A DNA stretch of 64,000 nt from Deltaproteobacteria bacterium (GCA_029262375.1 JAJCZM010000046.1:1367-65366); one strand, 5' to 3'; shown: positions 42,579-51,857, counted from the first letter of the stretch. Made by a program: numbers and translations. Notes: generated by a model from the letters alone, not told the origin.

Positions 42579-44002
42579 TGCTTTTCAATACGCTACAGTA
42601 TGCGCTCTTCCTCGGCCTGGTGCTGCTCGGCCTACGCGTGCTTCCGGCGCGCATGCGCACCGGCTTACTGCTGGTGGCAAGCATCCTGTTTTACGCACTC
42701 TGGCTGCCGGCGTACCTGATCCTGCTACTGGTAGACCTCGGCGTGAACTATGCGTTGCTGCGCGCGATGCTCGTCGGCAAGCGACCGCGCGCGTACCTCA
42801 CGGCGTCGGTCGTGTTCACCCTCGGGCTACTCGCATGCTTCAAGTACGCCGCATTCGTGATCGAATCGCTGCTTGCCGTTCTTCCGGCCGTCGGACTGAG
42901 CGGTCTAGCGACCGCTTGGTCGCCCGATCTACCCGACTTCTTTTTGCCTCTCGGGATTTCCTTCTACAGTTTCCAGATGATCGCGCTCGCGGTGGACACG
43001 TATCGGCGCGACATCGAACCGGTAGAGAGCTTCTCTCGCTACGTGCTGTTCATTTCGTTCTTCCCGCAGCTCATCGCCGGGCCGATTCTACGCGGAGCGG
43101 AAATGCTGCCGCAGCTCGCGCGCGGCGGCGAGATGACACCGCAGCGCACGCGTCGTGGCGGCTGGCTGCTGGTGTCGGGGCTTCTCAAGAAAGTGGTGTT
43201 CGCAGACTATCTGCTCGCGCCGTTTGTCGACGATGCCTTCGGCGCACCCGCTGTCGGGTCGGCCGCGTATCACTTGATCGTAACGTACAGCTTCGCTTTT
43301 CAGATCTACTTCGATTTCTCCGGCTATGTAGACATGGCGCGAGGGTCGGCACTACTGATGGGCTTCGAGATCCCGACCAATTTTCTCGAGCCATACCTCT
43401 CGCGCAATCCGGCTGAGTTCTGGCGACGCTGGCACATCACGCTCTCCACTTGGTTGCGCGACTACCTCTACATAGCACTAGGCGGCAATCGTCTCTCGGC
43501 CGCACGAACCTACTTTAACCTGTTCGCAACGATGCTACTGGGCGGACTGTGGCACGGCGCCGCTTGGACGTTCGTCATTTGGGGCGGCCTGCACGGAGTC
43601 CTGCTGGCAGGCCATCGCCTGATGGGCGGAACCGCCGGCGACATCGATCGGCCGATCACGCTGCGCGACCTTCCGGGCCTGCTGTTCACCGCCCACGCAG
43701 CGGCACTTCTGTTCGCCGTGTTTCGGGCGCCAACGGTCGGCGACGCCGGTCTGTTCTTCTCGGGCTTCATGACCATGGACTTCCTGTCGGGATGGCCGGC
43801 GGTCCAGACGATCATCGTTGTGGTGTGTATCGGCTCGCATCTCGTCGAGCGCGCGGTTCGCCCCCGAGTGGGCCGACTCCAGCAACTAGCGGCCCACACG
43901 GCCTGGGGCCCTGCCGTAGAGGGCACGCTGGCCGGCCTACTGATCGGACTCGCCTACGCCGTTGCCGGCGCCGGCGGCGAGTTCATCTACTTCCAGTTTT
44001 AA
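42578..44002 (+). CDS. MBOAT family O-acyltransferase (AlgI/DltB/PatA-like)
   Basis: MLFNTLQYALFL..., FWRRWHITLSTWLRDYLYIALGGNR with the conserved His, and GGLWHGAAWTFVIWG. Confidence 0.9.
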   Translation: MLFNTLQYALFLGLVLLGLRVLPARMRTGLLLVASILFYALWLPAYLILLLVDLGVNYALLRAMLVGKRPRAYLTASVVFTLGLLACFKYAAFVIESLLAVLPAVGLSGLATAWSPDLPDFFLPLGISFYSFQMIALAVDTYRRDIEPVESFSRYVLFISFFPQLIAGPILRGAEMLPQLARGGEMTPQRTRRGGWLLVSGLLKKVVFADYLLAPFVDDAFGAPAVGSAAYHLIVTYSFAFQIYFDFSGYVDMARGSALLMGFEIPTNFLEPYLSRNPAEFWRRWHITLSTWLRDYLYIALGGNRLSAARTYFNLFATMLLGGLWHGAAWTFVIWGGLHGVLLAGHRLMGGTAGDIDRPITLRDLPGLLFTAHAAALLFAVFRAPTVGDAGLFFSGFMTMDFLSGWPAVQTIIVVVCIGSHLVERAVRPRVGRLQQLAAHTAWGPAVEGTLAGLLIGLAYAVAGAGGEFIYFQF

Positions 44003-44108
44003 CTCGACACTGAGGGCTCCACTTGTCTGACCAGGCCGGTGCGCCTATTTTGTCGCCACTAGAGCGCGCCGTCTGACGCCGCTCTTCGGAACTCAGCAGG
44101 AGGAACTC

Positions 44109-44741
44109 ATGGCCATTCGACTCGGAGACGAGGCACCCAATTTTCAAGCCGACAGCACCGAAGGAAGGATCGACTTCCACGAATTCATCGGCGACGGCTG
44201 GTGCGTACTCTTTTCGCACCCAAAGGACTTCACGCCGGTTTGCACCACGGAACTCGGCTACATGGCCAGCATCAAGCCGGAGTTCGATAAACGGGGCGTA
44301 AAGATCATCGGACTCAGCGTCGATCCCGTCGCCGATCACGTGAAGTGGTCGAAAGACATCGAAGAGACCCAAGGCACTGCGCCTAACTATCCGCTGCTTG
44401 CCGATCCGGATCGCAAAGTCGCAGACCTGTACGACATGATCCACCCGAACGCGCTCGACACGCTCACCGTACGTTCCGTGTTCGTGATCGGCCCCGATAA
44501 GAAGGTCAAGCTCATGCTCACCTACCCCGCGAGCACCGGCCGCAACTTCGACGAGATCGTGCGGGTGATCGACTCGCTTCAGCTGACGGCGAAGCATCAG
44601 GTCGCCACACCCGTCAACTGGAAGGACGGCGAAGACGTCATCATCGTACCGGCGCTTTCCGACGAAGACGCGAAGAAGAAATTCCCGAACGGATGGAAGA
44701 CGCTCAAGCCGTACCTGCGTCTCGTTCCCGACCCACGCTAA
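44109..44741 (+). CDS. 1-Cys peroxiredoxin (Prx6 type)
   Basis: GDEAPNFQADST...WCVLFSHPKDFTPVCTTELG. An AGGAGG SD lies upstream. Confidence 0.9.
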   Translation: MAIRLGDEAPNFQADSTEGRIDFHEFIGDGWCVLFSHPKDFTPVCTTELGYMASIKPEFDKRGVKIIGLSVDPVADHVKWSKDIEETQGTAPNYPLLADPDRKVADLYDMIHPNALDTLTVRSVFVIGPDKKVKLMLTYPASTGRNFDEIVRVIDSLQLTAKHQVATPVNWKDGEDVIIVPALSDEDAKKKFPNGWKTLKPYLRLVPDPR

Positions 44742-44814
44742 CGCAACCTGCACGACAGCAGCTGCCATGGTCCCGCATTGCCGCGGGGCCATGGCCCGGA
44801 CTCCCGAGACCCCG

Positions 44815-45330
44815 ATGAGCAATTCCAGAAATCCTAAAATGCCCACCACCAACCGCGGCGTCGCAGTCACCGTGACCAGGTCCGCAGTGTTCGCGACGGC
44901 CATCACGTTCGCCGGTTTCACCAGTTTCATCATGTGGCCGACGCCGGCAGGCGCCGAAGAGAGTTCCGACGCGCGCAGTGCGACGGAAACGACTCCCGCC
45001 ACCGAGGCAGCGGCCGAAGCGGCCGACCCGGATTCGAAATTCGCGTTCGCGTTGGACGATCTCGGCGACGGCACGCGCCCGGACGCCACCGGCACCCCGC
45101 GTCCGATCACCTACGAGTACTGCATCCCCAAGCAGCCGCAGTCGATCTCGATGGTGGGCAGCACGGACCCGACCGGAACTGTCGAGCCACGCGAAAAAGG
45201 AACCATCGGCTGCAGCGACGACGAGTTGCTCGCCCGTGGGCACACGGGCCAGCCCGACTACCTAAGCGTCATGCGCCGAATCGCAAACAACGACTTCGTC
45301 AAGAAGCTGATTATAGTAGACACGCAATAA
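44815..45330 (+). CDS. Hypothetical exported protein
   Basis: Hydrophobic segment AVFATAITFAGFTSFIMWPTPAGA. No family recognised and the start is uncertain. Confidence 0.45.
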   Translation: MSNSRNPKMPTTNRGVAVTVTRSAVFATAITFAGFTSFIMWPTPAGAEESSDARSATETTPATEAAAEAADPDSKFAFALDDLGDGTRPDATGTPRPITYEYCIPKQPQSISMVGSTDPTGTVEPREKGTIGCSDDELLARGHTGQPDYLSVMRRIANNDFVKKLIIVDTQ

Positions 45331-45373
45331 GCGTGGCTTGTGTCGGTCTGCGACGGGGTCTAGTGCTGGCCGT

Positions 45374-45988
45374 ATGGCCCGCCGCATCGTCCACTACTTC
45401 GACTACAAGAGCCCGTACGCGTTCCTGGCGCAGAGCGACGCGTTCGCCTTGTCCGACTCGCTCCCCGAACCGATCGAGTGGCTCCCCTACACGCTCGACA
45501 TTCCGAAGTTTCTGGGTGCTGCCGAGCTCGACGGCGACGGCAACGACACGATGGGAAGCAGAACCGAGCATCAGTGGCGTCGCGTTCGATACCTGTACAT
45601 GGACTGCCGTAGGCTCGCCAACGAGCGCGGCCTGACGCTGCGCGGACCCCAGAAAGTTTTCGATACATCCATCGCGCACATCGGCTTCTTCTACGCGCGC
45701 GCACACGGCGACTTTCGCGCGTACCACAACGAAGTCTTCACACGGTTTTGGCGCCGCGAGCTCGATATCGAAAACCCCGACGTCATCGCGTCACTGCTCG
45801 ACCAATCCGGTATCGATGCATCGGGCTTCGCCGAGTACCTGGGCGGCGAGGGCCGCACCGTCCACGACCGCAATCAGGCGGATGCCGAAGCCCACGGAAT
45901 CTTCGGCGTACCGAGTTACCTGGTCGGCGACGAGCTCTTCTGGGGAAACGAACGCTTTGATCGCGTAAGCGATCTCGCACGGTCATAG
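45374..45988 (+). CDS. 2-hydroxychromene-2-carboxylate isomerase / DsbA-like family protein
   Basis: IVHYFDYKSPYAFL...GIFGVPSYLVGDELFWGNERFD. Confidence 0.8.
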   Translation: MARRIVHYFDYKSPYAFLAQSDAFALSDSLPEPIEWLPYTLDIPKFLGAAELDGDGNDTMGSRTEHQWRRVRYLYMDCRRLANERGLTLRGPQKVFDTSIAHIGFFYARAHGDFRAYHNEVFTRFWRRELDIENPDVIASLLDQSGIDASGFAEYLGGEGRTVHDRNQADAEAHGIFGVPSYLVGDELFWGNERFDRVSDLARS

Positions 45989-46029
45989 CAGGGCCTTGGC
46001 AGAGCCTTAGCAGGTATTAGGCAAGCTCC

Positions 46030-47367
46030 ATGAGTTACGAACCGGAAACGCGGTACGCCAAAAACGGCGACGTCTACATTGCTTATCAGGTGATCGGCGA
46101 CGGCCCGATCGACCTCGTCGTCGCCACCGGCTTCACACATCACATCGAGCTGACCTGGGAGAATCCGGCGTCAGCGGCGTTCTTCCAACGATTCGCATCG
46201 TTCGCACGCGTCATCATGTTCGACAAGCGCGGCACCGGCCTATCCGACCGCGTGCCGAACAACGAACTGCCTGATCTGGAACAGCGCATGGACGACGTGC
46301 GCGCCGTGATGGATTCAGCCGGTTCCGAGCGCGCGGCCCTTCTCGCCTTCTGGGAAGGAGGACCCATGTGCGCGCTGTTCGCGGCGACCTACCCGCAACG
46401 CACGAGCTCTCTCATGCTCTACGCGACGCCCGTGGCTTTCACTCCCAGCGACGACTACCCGTGGGCGAACAATCCGGAGACCTACGAGGCCTTCATCGAG
46501 GCATTGGGCGACCGCTGGGGCCGCGGCGAGATCTACAGCATGCTCGCACCGTCGTGGGCCGACGATCCGGTCGCCCAACGGTGGCTCGGGCGCCTCGAGC
46601 GCATGGGTGCCAGCCCCGGCGCCGTGATGGCGCTATGGCGTATGAACTCCGAATTGGACGTAAGGCATCTGCTGAGCGCGATTCGTGTCCCGACACTCGT
46701 GATGCATCGTCGCGACGATCCAATGCTCGACATCAATGCCTCGCGATACATCGCAGAGCGCATTCCGGGCGCCAAGATGGTCGAGCTCGAAGGGCGTGAT
46801 CACCTACCGTGGGTCGGCGACTCAGACGCGATCTCGCGCGAGGTGCAAGCGTTCGTCACCGGCGCCCGCGCGGAGACCTTCGTGGACCGCGTACTCGCGA
46901 CCGTGCTGTTCGTCGATATCGTCGGCTCAACGCAGCAGGCCGCCGAGATGGGCGACGCCGCATGGCGGTCACGGCTCGACGGATTCTATGACGGGATGCG
47001 ACGGACACTCGAGCGCTACCGAGGGATCGAGGTCAACACGACCGGCGACGGATTCCTCGCACGCTTCGACGGACCCGCGCGCGCGATACGCTGCGCCGAA
47101 GAAATCAGTTCGCAGAGCGCGCAAATGGGACTCCGTGTTCGCGCTGGGCTGCATACTGGCGAATGCGAACTGCGCGGCGACGACCTCGGTGGACTGGCCG
47201 TGCACATCGGCGCACGAGTCGCCGACCACGCCGACGGCGGCGAAGTCTTGGTTTCGAGTACCGTGAAAGACTTAGTCGCCGGGTCCGGAATTGAATTCAC
47301 CGACCGCGGCGAGCACACACTAAAAGGCGTGCCGGATAGCTGGCGGCTGCACTGCGTCGCGGCCTAG
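46030..47367 (+). CDS. Alpha/beta hydrolase fused to a class III adenylate/guanylate cyclase domain
   Basis: The N-terminal part has MFDKRGTGLSD. The C-terminal part has VLFVDIVGSTQ...TTGDGFLARFDGPARAIRCA...GLHTGECE...GLAVHIGARV...LKGV. Confidence 0.85.
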   Translation: MSYEPETRYAKNGDVYIAYQVIGDGPIDLVVATGFTHHIELTWENPASAAFFQRFASFARVIMFDKRGTGLSDRVPNNELPDLEQRMDDVRAVMDSAGSERAALLAFWEGGPMCALFAATYPQRTSSLMLYATPVAFTPSDDYPWANNPETYEAFIEALGDRWGRGEIYSMLAPSWADDPVAQRWLGRLERMGASPGAVMALWRMNSELDVRHLLSAIRVPTLVMHRRDDPMLDINASRYIAERIPGAKMVELEGRDHLPWVGDSDAISREVQAFVTGARAETFVDRVLATVLFVDIVGSTQQAAEMGDAAWRSRLDGFYDGMRRTLERYRGIEVNTTGDGFLARFDGPARAIRCAEEISSQSAQMGLRVRAGLHTGECELRGDDLGGLAVHIGARVADHADGGEVLVSSTVKDLVAGSGIEFTDRGEHTLKGVPDSWRLHCVAA

Positions 47368-47420
47368 GCCGGAGCCGGTGTGGCCATGGGACGGAGTGAA
47401 CCGGTCTACACGGCCCGACT

Positions 47421-48551
47421 CTACACGTCAGGCAACGACGCGTTGAGCCGATCGATCGCTTCCACATACTCCGTCAGCAAACCGCGCATCACTTCGCGGC
47501 ACGACTGCACGCGATCTATCTGCCCCACGACCTGCCCGATCGGATTGAACGCGACCTGCTGCGTCTCGCCCACGCCGGCATAGCGGTGCGTGCGCTTGAT
47601 GGCATCGAACGTCACCATGCCCTGTAGAGGCATACCGAGCGGTTTCGGATTGCCTTCGGCCTCCCACGCTTGCGTCCATTCGTTGCGCAGCATGCGACAC
47701 GGTTTGCCGGTGTAAGAACGCGACCGAACGGTGTCTTCGCTGGTGGCCGTAAAATACGATTCCTTCTGCGCAGGCTCGGCCGCCGCTTCCTCGACCGCAA
47801 GCCAAAGAGACCCCGTCCAAACGCCCGCCGCGCCCATCGCCATGGCTGCCGCCATTTGCTTGCCGTTGCCGATACCGCCCGCGGCCAATACCGGTGTCGG
47901 CGCAACCGCCTCGATGATCTGCGGCCACAATACGATACTGCCGACTTCGCCTGTGTGGCCTCCGCCTTCGTAGCCCTGCGCGATGATGATATCGACGCCG
48001 GCCTTTTTGTGGGCGAGCGCCTGCTTCACTTTGCCGCACAGTGCGCCGACCAAGCGACCGCTAGCATGAATCTCTTCAATGATATCGACGGGCGGCGTTC
48101 CCAACGCGTTCGCGATCATGCGCATGTTCGGTCGGCCCAGCGACGCTTCGAGAAGCGGTCGGGCCGTTGCTTCCGTCCAACCGGCGAGTCCGCCCTCGAT
48201 GGTGCCGTCGTCTTCGATACCGGGGACGCCGTGGTCGCTGAGCAGTTTCTCGGCGAACACGCGGTGCTCGGCGGGGATCATGCTTTCCAGCTGTTCCAAC
48301 AGCTTGCCGGCGTCCATCTCGCCCATGCCCTCGTATTTCTGAGGGATGACGATATCGACACCGTACGGCTTGTCGCCGATGTGTTCGTCGATCCAGTTCA
48401 GTTCTTCGATGAGTTGCTCGACGGTGAAGCCCACCGCGCCGAGCATGCCCAGGCCGCCCGCCTTACTGACCTCGACGACAACATCGCGGCAGTGCGTGAA
48501 GGCAAAGATCGGATATTCAATTCCCAGTTGCTCGCAGATGGCGTTCTTCAT
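47421..48551 (-). CDS. Nitronate monooxygenase (NMO, FMN-dependent)
   Basis: LGIEYPIFAFTHC...GGLGMLGA...IIAQGYEGGGHTG. Start trimmed to ATG 48551. Confidence 0.85.
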   Translation of the reverse strand: MKNAICEQLGIEYPIFAFTHCRDVVVEVSKAGGLGMLGAVGFTVEQLIEELNWIDEHIGDKPYGVDIVIPQKYEGMGEMDAGKLLEQLESMIPAEHRVFAEKLLSDHGVPGIEDDGTIEGGLAGWTEATARPLLEASLGRPNMRMIANALGTPPVDIIEEIHASGRLVGALCGKVKQALAHKKAGVDIIIAQGYEGGGHTGEVGSIVLWPQIIEAVAPTPVLAAGGIGNGKQMAAAMAMGAAGVWTGSLWLAVEEAAAEPAQKESYFTATSEDTVRSRSYTGKPCRMLRNEWTQAWEAEGNPKPLGMPLQGMVTFDAIKRTHRYAGVGETQQVAFNPIGQVVGQIDRVQSCREVMRGLLTEYVEAIDRLNASLPDV

Positions 48552-48575
48552 GACCAGCCAAGATTTACGAAGAAC

Positions 48576-48603
48576 GGGGGGCGAAGCAATAGCTTCGCCC
48601 CCC
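48576..48603 (-). terminator. Perfect 12-bp GC hairpin (terminator-like) after gene 48668-50440
   Basis: GGGGGGCGAAGC aata GCTTCGCCCCCC. On the minus strand it is followed by GTTCTTCGTAAATCT. Confidence 0.55.
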
Positions 48604-48650
48604 GGCTTTGGCCACACGACGCCAGGCACGTCGTGCTGTCCGCCAAACTA

Positions 48651-48670
48651 GTCGGCCTTAGTCGGCCTTA
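48651..48670. repeat. 10-bp tandem repeat gtcggcctta x2 (plus a diverged third copy) spanning the stop codon
   Basis: The minus strand reads ...AAGGGTGAC TAA GGCCGAC TAA GGCCGAC TAG. Confidence 0.85.
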
Positions 48671-50440
48671 GTCACCCTTGGCCTTGAACTGGGCCGGATC
48701 GTTCTTCGACGGAGAAGACATCGGCACTTCGAAGCACAGGGTGCCGCCGTCGTCGATGATGAACTGGGCGGTCACCGTCGGCGTCAGTGGCAGCCCCGGC
48801 GCCGCAAAGTTCAGACCCTTCATCTTCACTTGGATCTGAGACTTGCCGGCCGTTCCTTCTTTGAATTTCACTTGTTGGATTCCATCAGGAGTGCCGGTCT
48901 TGTCTTTGTGCTTGAAGCCCTTCGTCCCTGCGGCCTTCCAGCAAGGCTTCGTCCCGCAGGTTCCGCCCGGCAACACGCCGGCTTCGAGAAGGGGCTGCGG
49001 AGTCGCCGAGGTGTCCCACACACACAGACGGTAGTCGGCCGTGCCGCCGACCGGATCGGCGAACTCGAGCAACGTCGTCGCGTCGCCCTTGTTGTACTTG
49101 AACTTGAGTTGGTTCTTCGACGGATCGCTCGCCTTGAGCTTGATCTGCATCTGCGACTTGCCCGACACGGCGGTACGACAGCCGACGATCGGAGCAGGAC
49201 CACATAGAACCGGCAAGGTCGTGGTCGTCGTGGTGGTGGTTGTAGTGGTCGTCGTCGATGTCGTGGTCGGAGGAGGAGCGATGGCGCCGGTCAGATCGGC
49301 CGCCGCCATATCGTCGGAGGCTCCCGTAATCGGGTTGGGGCCGCAGAACCGGCCCGACCACAGACCGATATCATCTTGTGCGACGACGATGCAGGGGATG
49401 CCGGGGGCACCGAAAGGACCGCCCTCCGTGAGCAGATCACCTTCTTGAATCGGCAGCCCGGCGCAGTCGAAGGCGCCGATCGCGAAGGAAAAAGGTGATA
49501 CCGAGTAGAGGATCATGTCCGCGGGCGGCGCGTAGGCACCGTCGCCGGCGACGTCGAGTACGATGAGCGCGTCCACGTCGTCAGCAGGAGCGCCCAGGCC
49601 GAGCGCGGGACCAGGCGCGTACAGACCGAAGCCGCCTCCGAAGGCAACGAAGATGTCCGACGGCAACGCGCCGAGGGCCGCAGCAGTCGGAGGATCGACG
49701 GAGAAGTAGACCGGAACGTCCGGCAGGGTATCTCCCGTGGGATCCCAAGCGCCGATCGGTGCGGCATCAAAGGCATCAACGGCATCGATGAACGGACCCG
49801 GCTCGATCAGGGGGATTGCCGGCGCGGTCGGCAATCCGAACGGGATCGACGGGAGGCCGTTGCCGTCGAAGCCCTGATAGTTCGGGCTTGCACCCGGTGT
49901 GATGGCACCCGGAACCAGCCACGCAGTGCCGTTCGGTGCGGTAATGAATACGTCGGAAGCGGCCTCACTCGATCCGCCGCCGAAGAGGTCGGCAGATTCG
50001 GCGCCCACGTCGGTCACCGTGAAAGGACCTGGGGTACCCGGAGCGCAGGCGCCCAAGGGATCGCCGGTCACGAGATCACCCACGCCGAAGAGCAGCGAGG
50101 TCGTCCCTGCCGGATACGGAAACGCGACACCCACGAGCGGACTCAGTCCGCTCGAGAATGCGTTGACGTTGTAAGGACCGCCGGTGGCCGGCCAACCCAG
50201 CCCGCAGCCGGGAGGACCCATCGGGACGCTGTAAGGCGTCCCCGGACCGAAGATGTCTCCGTCGATCGAGAAGCCGGCACCAAAGCACGGCGGGCCCGCG
50301 GGCGGCGGCGGCGGCGGCGTGGCGCCGGTAAAGGAATTAGACATCGACTGCGCGAGAACACGATTAACACTCACGGAAAACATCACTGCGATGGCAGTGA
50401 GGCAGGCGAGCAGTAGGCGGACATTGCGGTTTGATTGCAT
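48668..50440 (-). CDS. Secreted Gly/Pro-rich protein with poly-Thr linker and the shared FKAKGD C-terminal domain
   Basis: Signal peptide MQSNRNVRLLLACLTAIAVMFSVSVNRVLA, linker TTTSTTTTTTTTTTTTT, and a C-terminal ~179 aa homologous to the C-terminus of 56117-57856. A GGGGG SD precedes ATG 50440. Confidence 0.75.
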   Translation of the reverse strand: MQSNRNVRLLLACLTAIAVMFSVSVNRVLAQSMSNSFTGATPPPPPPAGPPCFGAGFSIDGDIFGPGTPYSVPMGPPGCGLGWPATGGPYNVNAFSSGLSPLVGVAFPYPAGTTSLLFGVGDLVTGDPLGACAPGTPGPFTVTDVGAESADLFGGGSSEAASDVFITAPNGTAWLVPGAITPGASPNYQGFDGNGLPSIPFGLPTAPAIPLIEPGPFIDAVDAFDAAPIGAWDPTGDTLPDVPVYFSVDPPTAAALGALPSDIFVAFGGGFGLYAPGPALGLGAPADDVDALIVLDVAGDGAYAPPADMILYSVSPFSFAIGAFDCAGLPIQEGDLLTEGGPFGAPGIPCIVVAQDDIGLWSGRFCGPNPITGASDDMAAADLTGAIAPPPTTTSTTTTTTTTTTTTTLPVLCGPAPIVGCRTAVSGKSQMQIKLKASDPSKNQLKFKYNKGDATTLLEFADPVGGTADYRLCVWDTSATPQPLLEAGVLPGGTCGTKPCWKAAGTKGFKHKDKTGTPDGIQQVKFKEGTAGKSQIQVKMKGLNFAAPGLPLTPTVTAQFIIDDGGTLCFEVPMSSPSKNDPAQFKAKGD

Positions 50441-50709
50441 GGTAGTTACCCCCGAAACGGTTGTCGGCCGTGCGCCCGGCACACGGCGAGTTCAGGTTGT
50501 TCAAAGTTGCGCCCTGAAGGAAGGCGAAGACATGGAACGGGCCCGCCGTGACAGGCGATCCGCCCGCAAGGCGGAGGTTTCACGGACTGATCACCTGTCA
50601 CAGCGAAGCTCATGTCACGTGGTACGCGAGAGCGGCGACGTCGGATGAGAAAAAGTGTCAGATCGGCGGCGATTCGGGCGAATCGTTCAAAATGCGGGGA
50701 ATTCGGCCC

Positions 50710-51168
50710 TCAGTCGGGCTTCTTTTGGCCCTCTCGGACCTTGATCCATTCGCCGACCATGGTCGCGAAATGGGCCGGATTGTAGACGTCCTCTTCGTAG
50801 GACCACTGCATGTTGCCGGCGTATTTGAGGAGCGTGAAGTTGTAGGCCTGGTGCAGACTGCCGTCGCCCGGATCGACCATGCGGTTCCAGACCTGGCAGA
50901 CGACCCAACCGCGCTGCTCGTCGATCATGTACCACTCCATCGGGAAGTACTTCATCTCGCAGTTGATGGGCTCGGCCATGGTCTTGGAGATCCAGTTGCG
51001 GATCGCCTCGCGGCCACCGAGCGTGCCGTACAGATGCTCGACGTAGGTGGCATCTTCGGTGAACTGATCGGCCCACGGATCCCAATCACCGCTGGTGCCG
51101 GCCTCGAGCGCCAGGCGCTGATAATTGTCGAATGCTTGTTCGAGTTCTTCGCGAGTCCACTTGCCCAT
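50710..51168 (-). CDS. SnoaL-like / NTF2 superfamily protein
   Basis: MGKWTREELEQAFDNYQ...DATYVEHLYGTLGGREAIRNWI. Confidence 0.7.
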   Translation of the reverse strand: MGKWTREELEQAFDNYQRLALEAGTSGDWDPWADQFTEDATYVEHLYGTLGGREAIRNWISKTMAEPINCEMKYFPMEWYMIDEQRGWVVCQVWNRMVDPGDGSLHQAYNFTLLKYAGNMQWSYEEDVYNPAHFATMVGEWIKVREGQKKPD

Positions 51169-51263
51169 GGGATCGAGTTCTCCGTTCGTATGGATGCGCA
51201 GTAGGCCCGGCGCGCCGAGCACAGCACCTGGCTGCGCTCGGCGCGCTCGGCGTTCTCAAATTG

Positions 51264-51644
51264 CTAGTCGTTGCCGTCCACGCTCCAGATACCGGCACCC
51301 TTGGCCGATATGTAGAGGAAGGCGAAGCAGTAGATCACGGCCAACTCACCGTGGTTTTGGATCGGCAGCAGCGCCTTCGTGCCATGCGCCATCCAGTAGG
51401 CCGCGGCCATGAGGCCACTGCAGACAAACGCCGCCCAACGGGTCATGAAGCCCGCGGCAATCGCCAAACCGCCGACCAGTTCGAGGCCACCTGCAACATA
51501 GATGACGAACGCCGGCGCATCGGGTGGCGGCGGCACCGGGAAACCGAACAGCTTCGAGCTTCCGTGAACGGCGAACAACAGTCCCAAGACGATACGCATG
51601 ATTGCGTAGGTCTCGTCGTCGTATGATTTCATAAAACCGGCCAT
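51264..51644 (-). CDS. DoxX family membrane protein
   Basis: YAIMRIVLGLLFAVHGSSKLFG and four TM segments. A GGAGG SD precedes ATG 51644. Confidence 0.8.
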   Translation of the reverse strand: MAGFMKSYDDETYAIMRIVLGLLFAVHGSSKLFGFPVPPPPDAPAFVIYVAGGLELVGGLAIAAGFMTRWAAFVCSGLMAAAYWMAHGTKALLPIQNHGELAVIYCFAFLYISAKGAGIWSVDGND

Positions 51645-51857
51645 GACTACCTCCTCGGCGGCTGGGCTGAACCCGAGCAGCAAGAACAACTGCTGAGCTA
51701 AACCCACGTACGTAGGTGCAGCAACCACGCGGCGCGGCAACCGGCTCACAGCAACGCCCATCGGCCGATACTAGGCTAGCCATGGCTAGCCGCGGCTAGA
51801 CACAGCTCGACTATGTAACGCGATGCGCGCACAGTGATCGCCCTCCCGCCAAAAGAA

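Noticed and set aside
43983-45243. Minus-strand ORFs (375 aa and 179 aa) across the peroxiredoxin region
   Set aside because: They are antisense to an unmistakable 1-Cys peroxiredoxin and have no motifs.
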